NCBI GenBank assembly: GCA_013265495.1
Contig: MU058384.1
Span: 3,705,239-3,769,238 of the forward strand
DNA length: 64,000 nucleotides
From: Vicugna vicugna
Lineage: Eukaryota
Reading direction: 5' to 3'
The notes beneath the pieces were generated by a model, which was given only the letters and a program-made list of their open reading frames with translations, ran no database searches and was not told the origin of the DNA. The number at the start of each line of letters is the position of its first letter. Position 1 is the stretch's first letter. Shown one piece after another: positions 26,371-40,459 of the stretch. The position numbers were made by a program, and so were the translations under genes.

Positions 26371-28884
26371 GAGAGAGAGAAGGGGAGAGAGGGATGAAGG
26401 GACGCAGGGAATGAATGTACAAATCTTTCTTGGAAGATATATACTGAAAGAGATGAACTAAAAGTAAATAAAGAATGACTTTAAAATAATACTAGAGATG
26501 TTTTTTTATGAATTTGGCCAGAACCCAAGTGATTAACGTGGTTGTTGGGATTCCAACGCGGCGTGATCATACTATAGGTTCATCTGTATTTCTAGGGTGG
26601 TAACCTTCTGAAAGTAGGAGCGGCTTAGCTTTTTCTTTTAAGTCAGTGTGTTTTTGATACATTACATGTTTGGTGGGTTGGATTACAAGAATGCAAGCCT
26701 AAATCTACTTTCTGTATAACCACATCCCTTCTTTAGCAGCCTGGGCTTGGAAATAATACTCTGAGCCAGAAAACAAGAACCACCACAACATGCTGACTTC
26801 TTCCCAGCAGTCTTCACAGCCTCTCTAGGCTGAGGTCACATTTTTCAACTTCATAAAACGTCACTGTTTGATTGTTGAGTAGGGCAGGGAAGGATTGTTT
26901 AATTCGGCACCTGCGGGCTCTAACGGCCAGCAGATTTCTACGTGAGAGGCATTTCGGTATTTTGATGTTCATTGGATAGAAGGCAAAAATAAGCAGGTCA
27001 TTATCTACCAATATATGTTCCTCTGTGAAAATATGACTGTATTTGGCCGAAGTCCTCATAACTATATTTAGCATTCTATTAGTGTTTGCTTCTGTGTTTC
27101 TTTAGTGCTGGTAAACTCCAGCTCTCCCAAATTCCCGTGGGCTATAGTAATGCCATCTGGAATCCAGTTCCTTTTACTAATCTGTGATTTAAACTTCAGA
27201 AAGATATGACTGTTATCCCCAAATAAAAGCTTAGCACGCATGGGAAGATGCAGGATTACAGGTCTTTTGGTGACCTCATACAAAATGAAGGAGGTGAAAT
27301 CGTAAGCCAGAAGAGCAGCCAGAGCGCCAGGAGAAGCAGTGATTATGAGCAGATGTCTGCAGAGCACTTGAGTGAGAGCAAAGGAATGCTGCTCTGGAAG
27401 GACTCGGCAGTGAAGAAGAGGGAGGAGGGGAAGGAAAAAAAAACCCAGAAAAAGAATGAATTATACTCACTGGGGTTAGAAGTCATGAGAAAATTTGACC
27501 TAACAAGGGTCCCCAAAGAGGGGAAAAAATTCTCTGGGTAGTCATTCTGACAAGCAAAATTTCAAAGTTACATCAGAAAATCCAGAACTTTGAACACCGC
27601 TGAAATGCTAAGTAAGATTAGTGCATTTAGTAGTGGCTCCTTAGAAGCAGACCATTTGGTAAGCATGCTGCAGGACTAAGACTTAGGACTACTTTCTTCA
27701 GAGAGGGGAAGAAAATGAAATGTGTGAGATGACAGCTTTTGATAAGTTTAAGACCCCTTTTCTCCCCAACTGAAACCAAAGATAAATTGGGGAAGGAAAA
27801 AAGCCTAGTTTTTTAGTCTAGGTTCAGAAATACCTTTTCAGAGCAGCATATTCTAAATCTGCCTAAAGATTCTACCTGATCTTGCTGAGGAAGTAATGCA
27901 ACAAGTTATTTTTAACAACAAAAAACACTTAAATGCATCATGAACTCTAACGATTCAGCCCTTCATCATTAAGGAGAACTCTGGTCCTCGATAGTTCTTC
28001 AAGACTCCAAACTGGCATGAGAAGAGGCGTTTGTTCCTTACCCTTTCCTTGGAAGTAGTTCTCTCATTATAGTTTCTACAAAACGCCTACTTCAACTTTT
28101 AACTTTCTTAAATTTGTCTTCAATTTTAAATTCTTAACCTCAAAGATATTTTTATTGTACAATGCCAAGTGTTAAATTCTGTAGTTTAATTTCACCTTCA
28201 TTCTTACACAAAACATTTACTCCACCTCCACTTTATTGATATCGTGTAATCTTTTCAGTAATCTTTAATGTATTTTGTCAGATTTTGTTTGCCTTATGCC
28301 TTTTCTTTGCATATGTTTTGTAAAGAACCCCACCCCATTTTTTTCAAAGAAAACTTCTCTTTCGATTTTTTTTTTCTAAATAAATAGATATTTGTGCAAA
28401 TGCATGTAAACAGAGGTATTTGGGATTCATTGTGGATAGTTACAATGTCCACATGTGGATGTGAAATGGTAAATAATAACATTTCCCCAAGTGCCTCCTT
28501 CATCTGAACACATTTCAGGAAGCTTCTCAGATCAGATTTTCATACCTGGTGTAGAAAGGCAGGATACAGGCAGTTGGGTACAGATAATGTCGCATACGCT
28601 GTGCCTACCTGTGTGCCTTCACAGCTCTCCACATGACTCAAGGAATACTGGTTTAATTAGGATTTCTCATTTTGAGGACAGAAAATGGCAACGTGCTTCT
28701 TTCAGAGACTTGGCATTCTGAAATCTCTTAGATCATGATGATATGTATTATTGCCCCCAAAGAGCCACCATATATCTGATATATGGTTCTGTTTTGGTAT
28801 AGCAGTGTTTGCCATGTTGGATAAGTTTGTTTCATTGTATGCTTAAAAATCCCCTGTGTCCTGTCTGTGGGTTTACAACATGGC

Positions 28885-29043
28885 TGTTGCTTCACAGGGT
28901 GGTCCTGCACCAGCCGCACGGGCATCACCACGGTGCTTGTGAGAAAGGTAGTTTCGTCATTCCCTACTCCCACAACTGAATCAGAATCTGTTTTTTAACA
29001 AGCTCTGGTGATTCATGTACACATTAAATTTAAGAACCCTGAT
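28885..29043. mobile_element. hAT-Charlie relic, MER5A1-like
   Basis: gtggtcc...accagc...gcatcacc...actgaatcagaatctg...ttttaacaag...ggtgattcatgtacacattaaa. Confidence 0.75.
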
Positions 29044-29374
29044 CTGCACTATTTTTACTTCATAACCTCCCACTTACTCTCCAATTCATTGTCTTTAATC
29101 TGCCAATCTTACAAAAGTCACTAATAACCTGTTAATTTAAACACGCACACTGTTTCTCAGCCTTTGTCATACATCTTCAGCATGTACCATCTTGATGGCT
29201 AAACAGTTCTGTAAGTCCCATTAGAAGTTACACTTTGAAAAGTAGTTCTGCCTCTTTTCACCCTGGAAAACCTTTTTATTTGTCCTTGCTCCCTATACAT
29301 TCCTTGGCCAGAGTATATCAGAGAGTAGGCATGTTAGCAAAACTGGAAATCCTGTTGCCAAATGAAGGGACGAG

Positions 29375-29590
29375 AGATGTGTAACCTGGAGAAAAAAATG
29401 TAGGAGATGCCAAGATTATTGTTCTTAATGTCTGAAGGCTTTTGGAGGAAGAGGAATTTGATTTTTTTTCAGTGTAGCTTTAGGAAAGTGGAAGTGGAAA
29501 CAATGAAAGAGTGGAAGTTAAAGCAGATTTTGTACTTACATAAAGAAGAGCTTTAAAAAAGAATTTGACTAGTCCAACAACAGTGGAGTG
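29375..29590 (+). mobile_element. L3/CR1 LINE fragment
   Basis: cctggagaaaa...tgaaggc...ggaagagg...gtggaagttaaagcagatttt...ataaagaagagcttt...gtccaacaa resembles the CR1/L3 3' region. Confidence 0.55.
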
Positions 29591-30449
29591 TATTTCTTCC
29601 AACTACATGTATGGACCGTTCTGGGAGCACAGAGGGTGCTGTGTGCAAGGCATCTAGGAGTACTGAAGGGTCCTGGGGAGAGAGAACTGGGTGATTTCTG
29701 CAAATTCCCCTCATCTTTGTTTTTTGTTGTTGCAAAATAGAAAGAATAGTATTGTGAATTTTTAATTTCTTTTGTTGTTTATTTTTTCTCTCTTGAACAG
29801 TGGTTATGCTTAGATTTTGTCTTTCTTTCTTGGGTATTAGAACCCTGGATGGTTTTCACTTAAGGATGGACCGCAGCTTTCTGCTGGGATAGTTAACAGG
29901 ATGCGTACTATTTTCAATTTTATATCTAGTATTCTTTCTGTGATGTTCAGAGCCTCACTGGTCATTTTACTTCTAAGATCATTGGGCCAATATCTTCCAG
30001 GAATAGTACTTGGAAACTCCTGGATCTCTAATTAAGTTGCAACTAATGTTGTAACTAACAGTTCATAGTCAGATAGTGTATTACAGTTTAGATTATCTTC
30101 TCCTGTGTGTCATTTTTCATGGACCTATATATGAACATACTTTTATTTTTCTGGCCAATCAAAAATTTTTTTTTTGCATTTCATTTCCTTATGCCAAGTT
30201 TTTTTTAATAGCACAGACCTAGGGAAAACCTTATTAATTTTATGTCAGGCCATAAACTTCTTATATTTACCATGGCAGATTTTTATTCTATTGAGGCAGT
30301 CAAGAATTTTAGATACTAAATCTAAATTTTATTAGGATCTTATCAGGATACCAATAAAAGAGTATTTTGGACGTGTAGAAAATGCATACAGATGAAGTTT
30401 TTAAAAAAAAATTGGTAACGTTTCACTATTATCTTCCTCTTTCTTAAAA

Positions 30450-30715
30450 ACATTTATTTTTATTTTTTGAACAGGTAATATATTTACAAAGTCTAAAAGG
30501 CACAAAAGTATATACACTAAAGAGTCACCCTTGTTTCCCTGCCGCCTAATTATTCTCTGAAGATTCAACCAACGATTTTAATTTTGTCTATGTCCTTTAG
30601 GTACATTCATTAATACGTAAGCAAGGAAATGTGAGTCTTTTTTACAGAAAATGGTAGCATACTATACTTTTCTGCATCTCATTTTTGCTCGTTTACTTAT
30701 TGTATGTTGGAGATG
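30450..30715 (-). mobile_element. Old L1 (L1ME-like) 3'-end fragment
   Basis: acaggtaatatattta...aaaaggcacaaaagtatataca...aatggtagcatactatac; similar in layout to 63760-64000. Confidence 0.5.
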
Positions 30716-32084
30716 AAAGTAATTTAGATATTAAATCATTTTAAGTATGGATAATCCTCCAAAATGTATCTGGAATGTAGTCTTTCCGTCATTACTGCTA
30801 CCTCCCTAGTTCTAACATCCTCATCTCATACCTGAACTCAGGCAGTTACCTCCTGACTTATTTCTCTGCTTCTACTTGCCCTGCTTCCAGGCTGTGCCCT
30901 CTCCAGCAGCCGGCTGATCCCCTACAAACTGAAGTCCCATAAGCAGACTTCCCAGAATCAGTCTAGGTTTTAATGAGAAGAAACCTCGAGAGATCATCAG
31001 GGTTTAAACTCATTAACTTGAAGTGTGACTTAGAAATCACTGGATTACACTGCCTATTCTTGAAATTCTCTGGATTATATTATCTGCCCCCCAAAAGAAC
31101 AGATAATATATGCCTTCACTGAAAATATCATTGCAAAATAGCACATACAGGTTTCACTTCATTCTCATGTGTGTGCACCCTTTTTCTCTGTGTGTAGCTG
31201 GAAAGCACTGAGGAAACAATCAATAAAAACATGCAGGAAAACTGAGACGGAGGCAATGGCAAGAGCCAAGCTCATGAGTTAAAGGGGTTTTATTTTCAAA
31301 GTCCACCTTCTGAGTAGGGTGTTGTGATTGTCATGCTCAGGATTGTAGGTGTGCTGGGAGTCATGGCCTCTCTGCACTCCCAGCTCAGAGAAGGGGGTGG
31401 GGTGAGGGTGTCGGGGTGGGGGATGTTAGGGGGTGGAATCCATTCAGTGGGAGAGTTACCAGCATCTTCCCTCCCTCTCCACTGCAGCCAGAAGCAGAGA
31501 GCCCCCGCTGACCTTTGATTTAACTCTTTGCCCAGATAAAACCTCTTTTCTAGGCCATATCAGTGTTACTTCATAATTGAAAAGTGTGTTCATGTACTGA
31601 GGGTGGAAAGTTGAAAAGGCAAGGAAACTTGTTTTCTTCCCCCAGATTTGTATATTGGTGAAATACATGATTCTAATTATGTGTATCCCATTTTTTAATA
31701 ATTTGATATAGGAAAAGGGAAAAGTTGTCATTATTCAGCCAGTTTAAAGGAACTTTTCCAAACAGGATACATAACAGATGCAAAAGCTCCAATTGAAATT
31801 AAATTGCCCAAAAAATAAAAATATTTAATAACTGCCAAGTATATGCCAGCTGCTGCCCTGTCAGCATTCTGAACAGGAAAAATTGAGTTCTGTCCAAACA
31901 CTGCTTACATGGGTCTTCATTATAAGAGCCATTCATTTTCATTAGTATGCAAATGAATATTTGTTGCCAGCATTTCTAAGGCGCACAATAATGGATCAAA
32001 ATGCTGAAATCAGCAGTCTGTGCTTTGCTTCCGGGCAAGTTGCATGGTTGTTGGATGAATGATCATCTTTAAACCAGCTTCCAA

Positions 32085-32252
32085 ATTGGTGCATCTCAGT
32101 CCTGCTGAAAATTAGAATCACCTGATTCTAAAAATCCTGATGCCCATGCCACACCCCACGCTGGGTAAATCGGGATCTGTGGAGTGAGTTCTCAGGCTCA
32201 GTGTTTTTCGAAGCTCCTAGGTGATTACGACCTGCAGCCAAGGCTGTGACTC
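32085..32252. mobile_element. hAT-Charlie relic, MER5B-like
   Basis: attagaatcacctg...aaaatcctgatgccc...caccccac...aagctcctaggtgatt...gcagccaagg. Confidence 0.7.
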
Positions 32253-32557
32253 ATCTTTAAATGACTCTGCCTTGCCGCTGGGCTTACTCTAACCGGGACT
32301 CCCAGGTGTGGAGTCGGTGAGGGCCATGCAGGGTGTGGATGCCTGTGTGCACGGGGGCAGATGGGGTCAAACGTACCTGCTTTCTGCTACTGGAGTGGAA
32401 TTGCCAATTCCAAACTGTGGTGGAATGGGCTGGCTCCACCTTCTAGCACAATCTTAGGATGTGTGGGAGCTCTGTGGCTTCTGCGAAGGGGGTCTTCTTT
32501 ATAAAACCTGACATTATGAGCTCAGCATTTTTGGGGGGGAGGAAGGTGTTCAAGATC

Positions 32558-34790
32558 CTTTTTTTTTTTAAATAGACTACTTTTTAGAGCTGTTTTAGGT
32601 TCACAGCAAAACAGAGCAAGAGATACAGAGATTTCCCATATACCCTCTGCTCCCACAAAAGCATGACTCCACCCACAGTCAAAATCCACCACCAGAGTAG
32701 TACATGTATTACAATCGATGAACTTGCACTGACAAATCAACACTCAAGACCATTAGGGTTTACTCTTGGTGTTGTACACTCGGGGGTTTTGAGAGAAGTA
32801 TGACACATACCCGCCATTATAGTACCATATAGAGTAGTTTCATTACTCTGAAAATCCTCCGTACTCTGCCTGTTTATCTCTCTCTCTAACGTAACTCCTG
32901 GCAACCTTTTACTGTCTCTTTAAATTTGCCACTTCCAGAATGTCATATAGTTGGAATCATATAGTATATAGCTTTTCCACATTGTCTTTATTTCACTAGT
33001 AATATGCATTTAAGGTCCCTCCATATCTTTTCATGGCTTGATAGCTCATTTTTATTTAATGCTGAATAATATTCCATTGTCTGAATGTACCACAGTTTAT
33101 TTATTTATTCACCTACTGAAAGACATTTTGGTTGCTTTCAAGTTTTGGCAATCATGAATAAAGCTGCTGCTATAAACATCCACGCACAGGTTTTTGTATG
33201 GACCTAAGTTTTCAGCTCCTTTGGGTAAATATGAAGGCATGTGATTGCTGGACCATATCATTGGAATATCTTTAATTTTCTATGAAATTGCAGAACTTCT
33301 TCCTAAGTGGCTGTACAAGTTTGCATTTCCACTAGCAATGAATGAGAGTTCCTGTTGCTCTAAATTCTCACCAGCATATGGTATTGTCATTGTTTTGAAT
33401 TTTAGCCATTCTAATGGGTGTGTAATGGTATCTCGTTGTTTTGATTTGCATTCCTCCCTGATGACATGATGTTGAGCATCTTTTCATATGCTTACTTGCC
33501 ATCTATATAACTTCTTTGGTAAGGTGTCTATTCAGGTCTTTTGCCCAGTTTTAAATCTGGCTGTTCATTTTCTCATTTTTAAGTGTTATTTGTATATTTG
33601 GGGTAACAATCCTTTATCAGAATGTCTTTTATAGATATTTTTTTCCCAGTCTGTGGCTTGTCTTATTCTCTTAACATTGTCTTTTGCAAAGGAGAGGTCT
33701 CTGATTTTATTAAAATCCATCTTATCAATTATTTCTTATAAAAAAAATCATTCCTTTGGTGTAACTAAAAAGACATTGCCATATTGAAGACTATCTAGAT
33801 TTTCTCCTATGCTGTCTTCTAAAAGTTTTATAGTTTTGCATTTTACATTTAGGTCTGTGATTCATTTTGAGTTAATTTTTGTGAATGGCATGAGGTCTGT
33901 GTCTAGATTCTTTTTTTTGCATATGAATGTCCAGTCCTTCCAGCACTGTTTGTTGAAAGGCCGTCTTTACTCCGTGGGATTGCCTTTGCTTGTCAGAGAT
34001 CATTTGACTATAATTCATACGAGTCTATTTCTGTTCTTTTCCACTGGTCTGTTTGTATATTATTTCATTAATACCACATTGTTTTGATTATTGCAGCTTC
34101 ATAGTAAGACTTAAAGTTGGATGATGTCAGTCTTCCTACTCTGTTCTCCTTTAATATTGTGTTGGCTATTCTGGGTCTTTTGCCTCTCCATATAGAATCA
34201 GAATTTTATTTTTATAAAATAACTTGCCTGGATTTTGATTGGGATTCCATTGGATCTATAGATCAAGTCGGAAAGAACTGACATCTTGACAATATTGAAT
34301 ATTGAATGGAATCTCTCTATATATATTTAGTTCTTTGTGGATTTTTTATTAGAGATTTGTAGTTTTACTTACGTAGATCTTTTACATACTTTATTAGGTT
34401 TATACATAAATATTTCATTTGTAGGGTCCTAATGTAAATGGTATTCTCTTTTTAATTTCAAATTCCACTTGTTCATTGCTGGTATAGAGGAAAGTGAGTG
34501 ATTTCATATATTAACTGTGAATCCTGCAACCTCACTTATAAGTTCTAGTAGTTTTTTTCTGTTGATTTGTTCAGATTTTTTACATAGCTAATTGTGTCAT
34601 TTGCAAACAAAAACAGTTTCAGTTCTTCCTTCACAGTAGTATGCCTTTTATTTCCTTTTCTTGTCTTATTGCATTAGCTAGGTCTCCTAGTATGACATTA
34701 AAAAGGAGTCATGAGAGGGGGAATGGTAATGTCCTATTCCTGATCTTAGTGGGAAAAATGTCAAATTTCTCACCATTAAGTAATATTTAC
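32558..34790 (-). mobile_element. Old L1 (L1MC1-like), ~2.2 kb 3' portion
   Basis: Starts tttttagagctgttttaggttcacagcaaa...gatttcccatataccc (L1MC-type 3' end) and continues through decayed antisense ORF2 motifs to ctcaccattaagta. Confidence 0.9.
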
Positions 34791-37246
34791 TTTAGTGTTT
34801 TTTGTACATGTTTGAACATAGAATTTTAGTTTCTTGATTCAACAACAAATTGTGAACATCAAATTCAACTTTCCTATGTGCAATCTTAGCAACTAGAAGT
34901 AGTTATGGTTGGAATGTTATATGTAGAATAATTGCAGCTTTGCCTCCATAACATTTGGGGGTGTGTATGTATGTATATGTCTGTATGAATAATAATCATA
35001 TAAGGAAAAGCCAAGAAAGAATACACCAAAATGCTAATGTCTATCTGATAAGTTTTTAATACTAGGTCATTTTAATATGCATAATAATTTATTCATGAGG
35101 CTCAGGACTAAATATACTATATTTTTGAGAGTTGATAACATTTAAATTTTTATCACTTACTTAGATATGGTTTTATTGTTCAATAAACTTAGTAAAGAGG
35201 GTCATATTTCTGGGGTCATACTGACAGTCCATTTAGCTTTAAACAAGACAACCTTATTGATAGAAAAGCAAGTGCATATATTATAATGAAATGTGATGAG
35301 AGTTCTTGGGAATTCGACATGAAGAAGTAAATAGTGCCTCCAGAAGTGAAAAACCTTTACCATTTTAATTTAACCTACATTTTTAAGAGAAGTAAAAAGT
35401 GTAGCTCTTCTTCAGAGTGATAGGATCCAAATAAATGGTAGAAAATTGCTCCTTTGTTATTCAGCATTCAAGCTCCTTTTCACAAGTCTAGTTTGTTTAT
35501 GACAGTAGGCACAAAAGAAAGATCTGAGCAGTTTAAGAAAATAATTTGTGTAATACTTTTTATAAAAGCAAGCTAACATAAAACTAATTCAGGGAACACA
35601 GTCAAAATAGCATCTGGTTAACAGTGGTGGGACTATGGATGGTGGAATTTCAGGTAATTTTTCTGTTTTTATTTTTTCATTGTCTCAATCTTGCTCTGAA
35701 AGAAGTCACATCGGGGTAGAAATAGCTGGGGAGAATATAGTCTTTCAGATTTGGCTGCCTGGTTTAAACCAGTTCCCAAAGACTGCTTGGGACTTTCAGT
35801 CCAAGACTCAGGGAACACGTGGTCTGTTGTAAAACCAGCTCTGGCTTGTTGATGTCTTAAAGAAACTTGACCCTGGCATGGGTATTTTCAGTAAGAAATG
35901 GTAAGTAAACAGCAGAAACATGAGAGGACAAATATAAGCTCTTGGAGAAAGATGGAGATTCCAAAAAGGGCAAACAAGGTGAGGGTGAAAGAGGGACAAG
36001 GTAAAAAGAGGGACAGAACACACACACATACACACACACGTGAATGCAGAAAATGACCAAGGAAAAGGTGAAAAAAATCCCAGGAAAATGAGATGCAGTT
36101 CATTGAGAGGAGCAAGGGGCTACGAGTTCAGAAGCTGTCTGATTCTACTCCACGCCATTCGTATAGTTTCCCCCATTACGTTGGCCTGGCATGTTTGGAA
36201 AAGCAGCTCATGTCTGCAAGTAATTTGAAGAACGTCCAGGGCTGAGGTCTTCATCTGGCTAAAGCCCCAGGGCCAAGCTTCATGGAGTGGCCACAGGGTA
36301 CGGGGTCAGGGTGGGGGTTCTTCCTGAGGTTTCTGACCGCTGCAGGCCCCCTGCTGCCCCAACCATGGATGGTGACAGCTCCGTGAAACAGAAACTGCCC
36401 CATTGCTCAGAGGGACAGAGTGAAGGGGATGCTACTAGAAATTACAGGGGGACAGAAGACATCATCAGGGATTGTCTGAAGCAAACAGGGATGTGTACTG
36501 AGCTGGTCATTCTGGCACTTTCTGAGGGCCTTACAGTTACTTGTTGTCATCTGCCTCCTTCAAACCGCAAACCACTAACTACAAACTTCTGTTGTTTCCG
36601 TATGGTCTAAGGCCTCTCTTGAAGATGTTCTTTAACGAGAGATTTTGTCGAGGCAGCAAGAGTCTGTTGAGAAGAATGAAACTCATTTCATGGATTTTAT
36701 ACCTCCTGTGTATCAAACAGGAAAAGTACAGGAACGTATTTATGAACTGCGGCAGCTCTCCATGGTGGGAATAAGGCCTGAGGGTACCCCCTACGACTCT
36801 CTAATAATGGCTAATATTCACCGAGGGCTTTGTTGTCCAGCCCTTTCTGTGACTGGGACTGTTGTTCTTACTTGATGGATGAGGAAACCGCTGGGGGAAG
36901 AGGAATTTCAGCCCCAGGGCCCCCAGTGACGTTTGCTACTCAAATGAAGTACGATTGCGGGCAGCCTGACTCCAGCCAGCTCCACTCCACCCGGTGGGAG
37001 GGACTTTTTGTAATGCCTGGTCAGTACCGACTACTCCTAGGCCACGTTTGGCCCTCGCTTTATTTCTGCACCTCCTTCAGATCCCGTCACTTTGTCAGGG
37101 GGGCCCCATCAATTGATTAGCTCTGTGTGTTGTACCTTTCCAAATGCCCTGCATTTTATCATTATCACATTTACCACAGTTTGCATTTGCTTTTGTATGA
37201 TTATTTGATTGTCTGTTCCTCACTCAATCATAATCTGAGGACAGGG

Positions 37247-37250
<4 letters not shown>

Positions 37251-37280
<30 letters not shown>
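37251..37280. repeat. (TG)15 microsatellite inside an L2 3'-end fragment (~37120-37345)
   Basis: Perfect TG run flanked by gacagggactc and tctggcacacagtag. Confidence 0.93.
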
Positions 37281-37282
<2 letters not shown>

Positions 37283-39636
37283 TGACTTTTGTATTCCAGG
37301 GTCTGGCACACAGTAGAGATTTAATGGGTTGAACTGATGGCTGAACTGGGCACCCAGTATGTCAGAACTGATGTGGCTACAGGTGACTCTCAGTCCAACA
37401 GCAGATGACTTTAAGTATAGATACACATGCTACCTGAACTCTACTCCCTGTAATTTTAGTTCTTTAGTTCTTTCTGTTTCTGATTGTTAAGAGCCATTTA
37501 GGAACAAATGCTGAGAATTCAGGAGTTCTCTTTGAAATGAATTGTGTTATTGCCTTTAGAAATGTACATACACTCCTCACTGCCTCTGAATACTCTCCAT
37601 GTTTGTGGTGATGTTTTGTGGACTAGACTCTTTTCTGTTATTCTGAAGCCTTTCCCATGGATCGGTTTTTGTTGGTTTGTCTCTCCCTTCAGGAATGTTA
37701 ATTAAAAGTGGTCTCCTTATCATCAAATGCCTGCCCTCCAGGGCCTTCTGTTCAACTAGTAGGCACACCTACCTTCTAGTGCTCAAACAAGTAGGTCCCT
37801 AGCTGTTGGACTGTGAGTGGAGGGAGCTGTGAAAAAGGAAGGGAGTAAACTCACTTTGGACCAAGGAATAGGAGAGAGGGATAACATGGGCATCCCAGTA
37901 ACATGCAAGGGAAAGAGGTATATTTAGTAGTAATGCTACTTAGACTGTGTGAAGACATAAGCAAAATGAAGTATTTCTCTTCCTTGTAAGGAAAACATTT
38001 TTATTTAAAAGAATTCCAGAAAAAAAAAACTGGTTTTGCAATTTGTTTTACTGTCTGTAAACTTCCTGCATGAAGACCAGATAGAGAGAGTGATAAATCA
38101 GTCAGTGGGAGGTTGTGTGCGTGTCCATTCTTACGTGGTGGGGCAATTTTTCTGGCAGAGAAAAACTCCTATATTATGCAATCACAGAGCCTTCCTTCCC
38201 AGCCTTCCTTCCCAGTCTCTGTGTACTGTAATATTACCATTTCTCAAGGCTTGTGTCAAGGCTATTTCCCTTGCCATGCCTTCCCTGAGACCCCCATCAG
38301 AATTAATCACTCCTCATTCTGCACTCCCATGGAACACTTACATGTATTTCATTTGACTTTGGACTTCTGCAGTTTACATGCACTTGAAGATAATAAGCTC
38401 GTCGAAGGGCTGGGGCTGATTCCTTTGACCTTCACAGTAGCTTGCATAGAATAGACAATAAATGCCTGTTAAAATGAGTGTGGGAGCTGGAGGAAAGGAG
38501 CAGCATTTCCAGGGTGCTGTGATGACTGGGGTTGAAGCAAGGTTAAGAAACACGAGCCTCCCAGGTACTGTGATGAGAAGCCACTGAAAGGCTCTAAGGA
38601 AGGCAGGACCAGTATGTGATGCACGAAGGGGCTGCCTTGTCATTTCCTCCCTGGTCTATTGCTGTGTCTATGGAACAGGCGTAACCTGTTTTCCCCATTG
38701 GAGGGCTGCCTTTGAAGCGGCCTTTATTTTCCTGTCTGTATCCCAGTGTGGGTGGCATTTTAGATGTACCAACAGCTCCTTTTTTAAGTGATATTTTTAT
38801 CATCACATTAATCTGTCACATTAAAACAAATAAACCATAACTTTCCTAGAGAGCAAGTGAACTCCCCAAAACTGACAGCTTTAATTCTAGTGAGAAGGAG
38901 AAAAAAAGGACGCAGATTATTTCATTACAGTCAGTTAAGGTCAGCCACCTAAGTCTGACAGCAATAAAAGGATTATTTTCAATGAATAGTTTCGATTCTA
39001 CTCATTCACTCTAAGAGATTGCCCCAAGGAAAAAGTTTTTAAAAAGCCCCCCGAATGAATTATTGTACTCTTCTGGAATGTCAACACGCAAGCTATGGAG
39101 TGAAATCATTACTGGCAGAATCGTATTTACACATCTGTTGTGTGAAGAGAATACAGATACTCTTAGAAGAAATACAGAGTAAATTTGAATAAAAATAGTG
39201 CCCATTTTGACTAGATGCTGATTCCTCGTTAGGGGTTGGAAATGACCTTGACAGAGGACAAAGGAAGCCAAAGCTTGGCATCTTTTAGAGATGTTTTAGA
39301 TGAATCCTGGTTGAGGGAGGATTTCCACTTGTCCACACTTCAAGAATCTCAGAGCACCATGGAGCTCCCGGGCACCCACCCCCACTTCTTAGACTCAGTT
39401 AGGTTTATGAGGACAAGAGATGACAGCCATAAATGCAAGAAGGAAGAGCCCTTTCAAACCTGCTTACTGGGGTGAGTTACAATTTCTGCCAAACAAGCAG
39501 TGTGCAAGCTGGGCTTCTTTCATTTTACTACCTGTATTCTTTCTACAATGGGGACAGCACAGTCTTTATTGGAGGTAATTTAATTTCTTATTGCGTGAGG
39601 AATAACACTCTTTGATAAAGAATATGTATTTGTAAA

Positions 39637-39694
39637 AAAGAAAGAAAGGAAGGAAGGAAGGTAGGAAGGAAGGAAGGAAGGAAGAAAGGAAGAA
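39637..39694. repeat. (GAAA)n/(GGAA)n simple repeat
   Basis: Read directly from the sequence. Confidence 0.9.
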
Positions 39695-40326
39695 ACATTG
39701 TGTGGTACCACACACTAGCAGTCAAATTTTTTTTCTTTTTGTAATATAGGATTAAATTACCATCTTCCTACAGTCTCATCACACTTTAAATAATCTCTTA
39801 AGATCATCAAACATCCTATTAGTTGTCAGATATTCTCATGAATATCATAATTTTTCAATGTTCGTTTTAGTCAGAATCCAGATAAGGGTCATAGGCTGGA
39901 ATCCCTTAGGTCTCTTTTGAGATCTAATTTTTCCCTCCATCTCTCTCCCTCACCTCCTGTGATGTTTTTGTGATGATGATTTGTCCCGTAGAATTTTCCA
40001 TAGTCTGAACTCTGTTGATTGTATCCCTGTATTACACTGCTCTAATAACTATGATGGTTTATGTAGATATAGCACACACATACTACAGCTGTTTCCCTAG
40101 ACAGAGTGAGAAAAATCTCCTCCTAATCAGAACAGCCTCAAACATGAATGACATGATCACAGCTGTTTTTGCTAGACAAGTACATGAAATATTGTTCAAG
40201 TGCTCTTTGGCCATTTTCTCTGTGTGAATAAGTTGTAAAGGTATAAAACAATTAAAGAAGAACATGTCACTCAGGATGCATGTCTCTGAGGAACAATCAG
40301 ATTTTTTTCAAAAATGACCACAAATG

Positions 40327-40459
40327 TGGGGGAGGGTAAAGCTTAGTGGTAGAGTGTGTGCTTAGTGTGCACGAGGTCCTGGGTTCAATCCCTAGTACCT
40401 CTATTAAGAAATACATAAATAAATAAACCTAATTACCTCCTCCCACCGAAAAAAAAAAT
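40327..40459 (+). mobile_element. tRNA-Ala-derived SINE (Vic-1-like), long-tail form
   Basis: gggggagggtaaagcttagtggtagag...gggttcaatccctagtacc...aaataaacctaattacctcc plus A-run. TSD cacaaatg at 40319-40326 and 40460-40467. Confidence 0.92.

Noticed and set aside
26814..27541. Overlapping 64-99 aa ORFs in unique sequence as a retrogene
   Set aside because: No recognisable protein similarity, polyA tail or TSD; lengths expected by chance.
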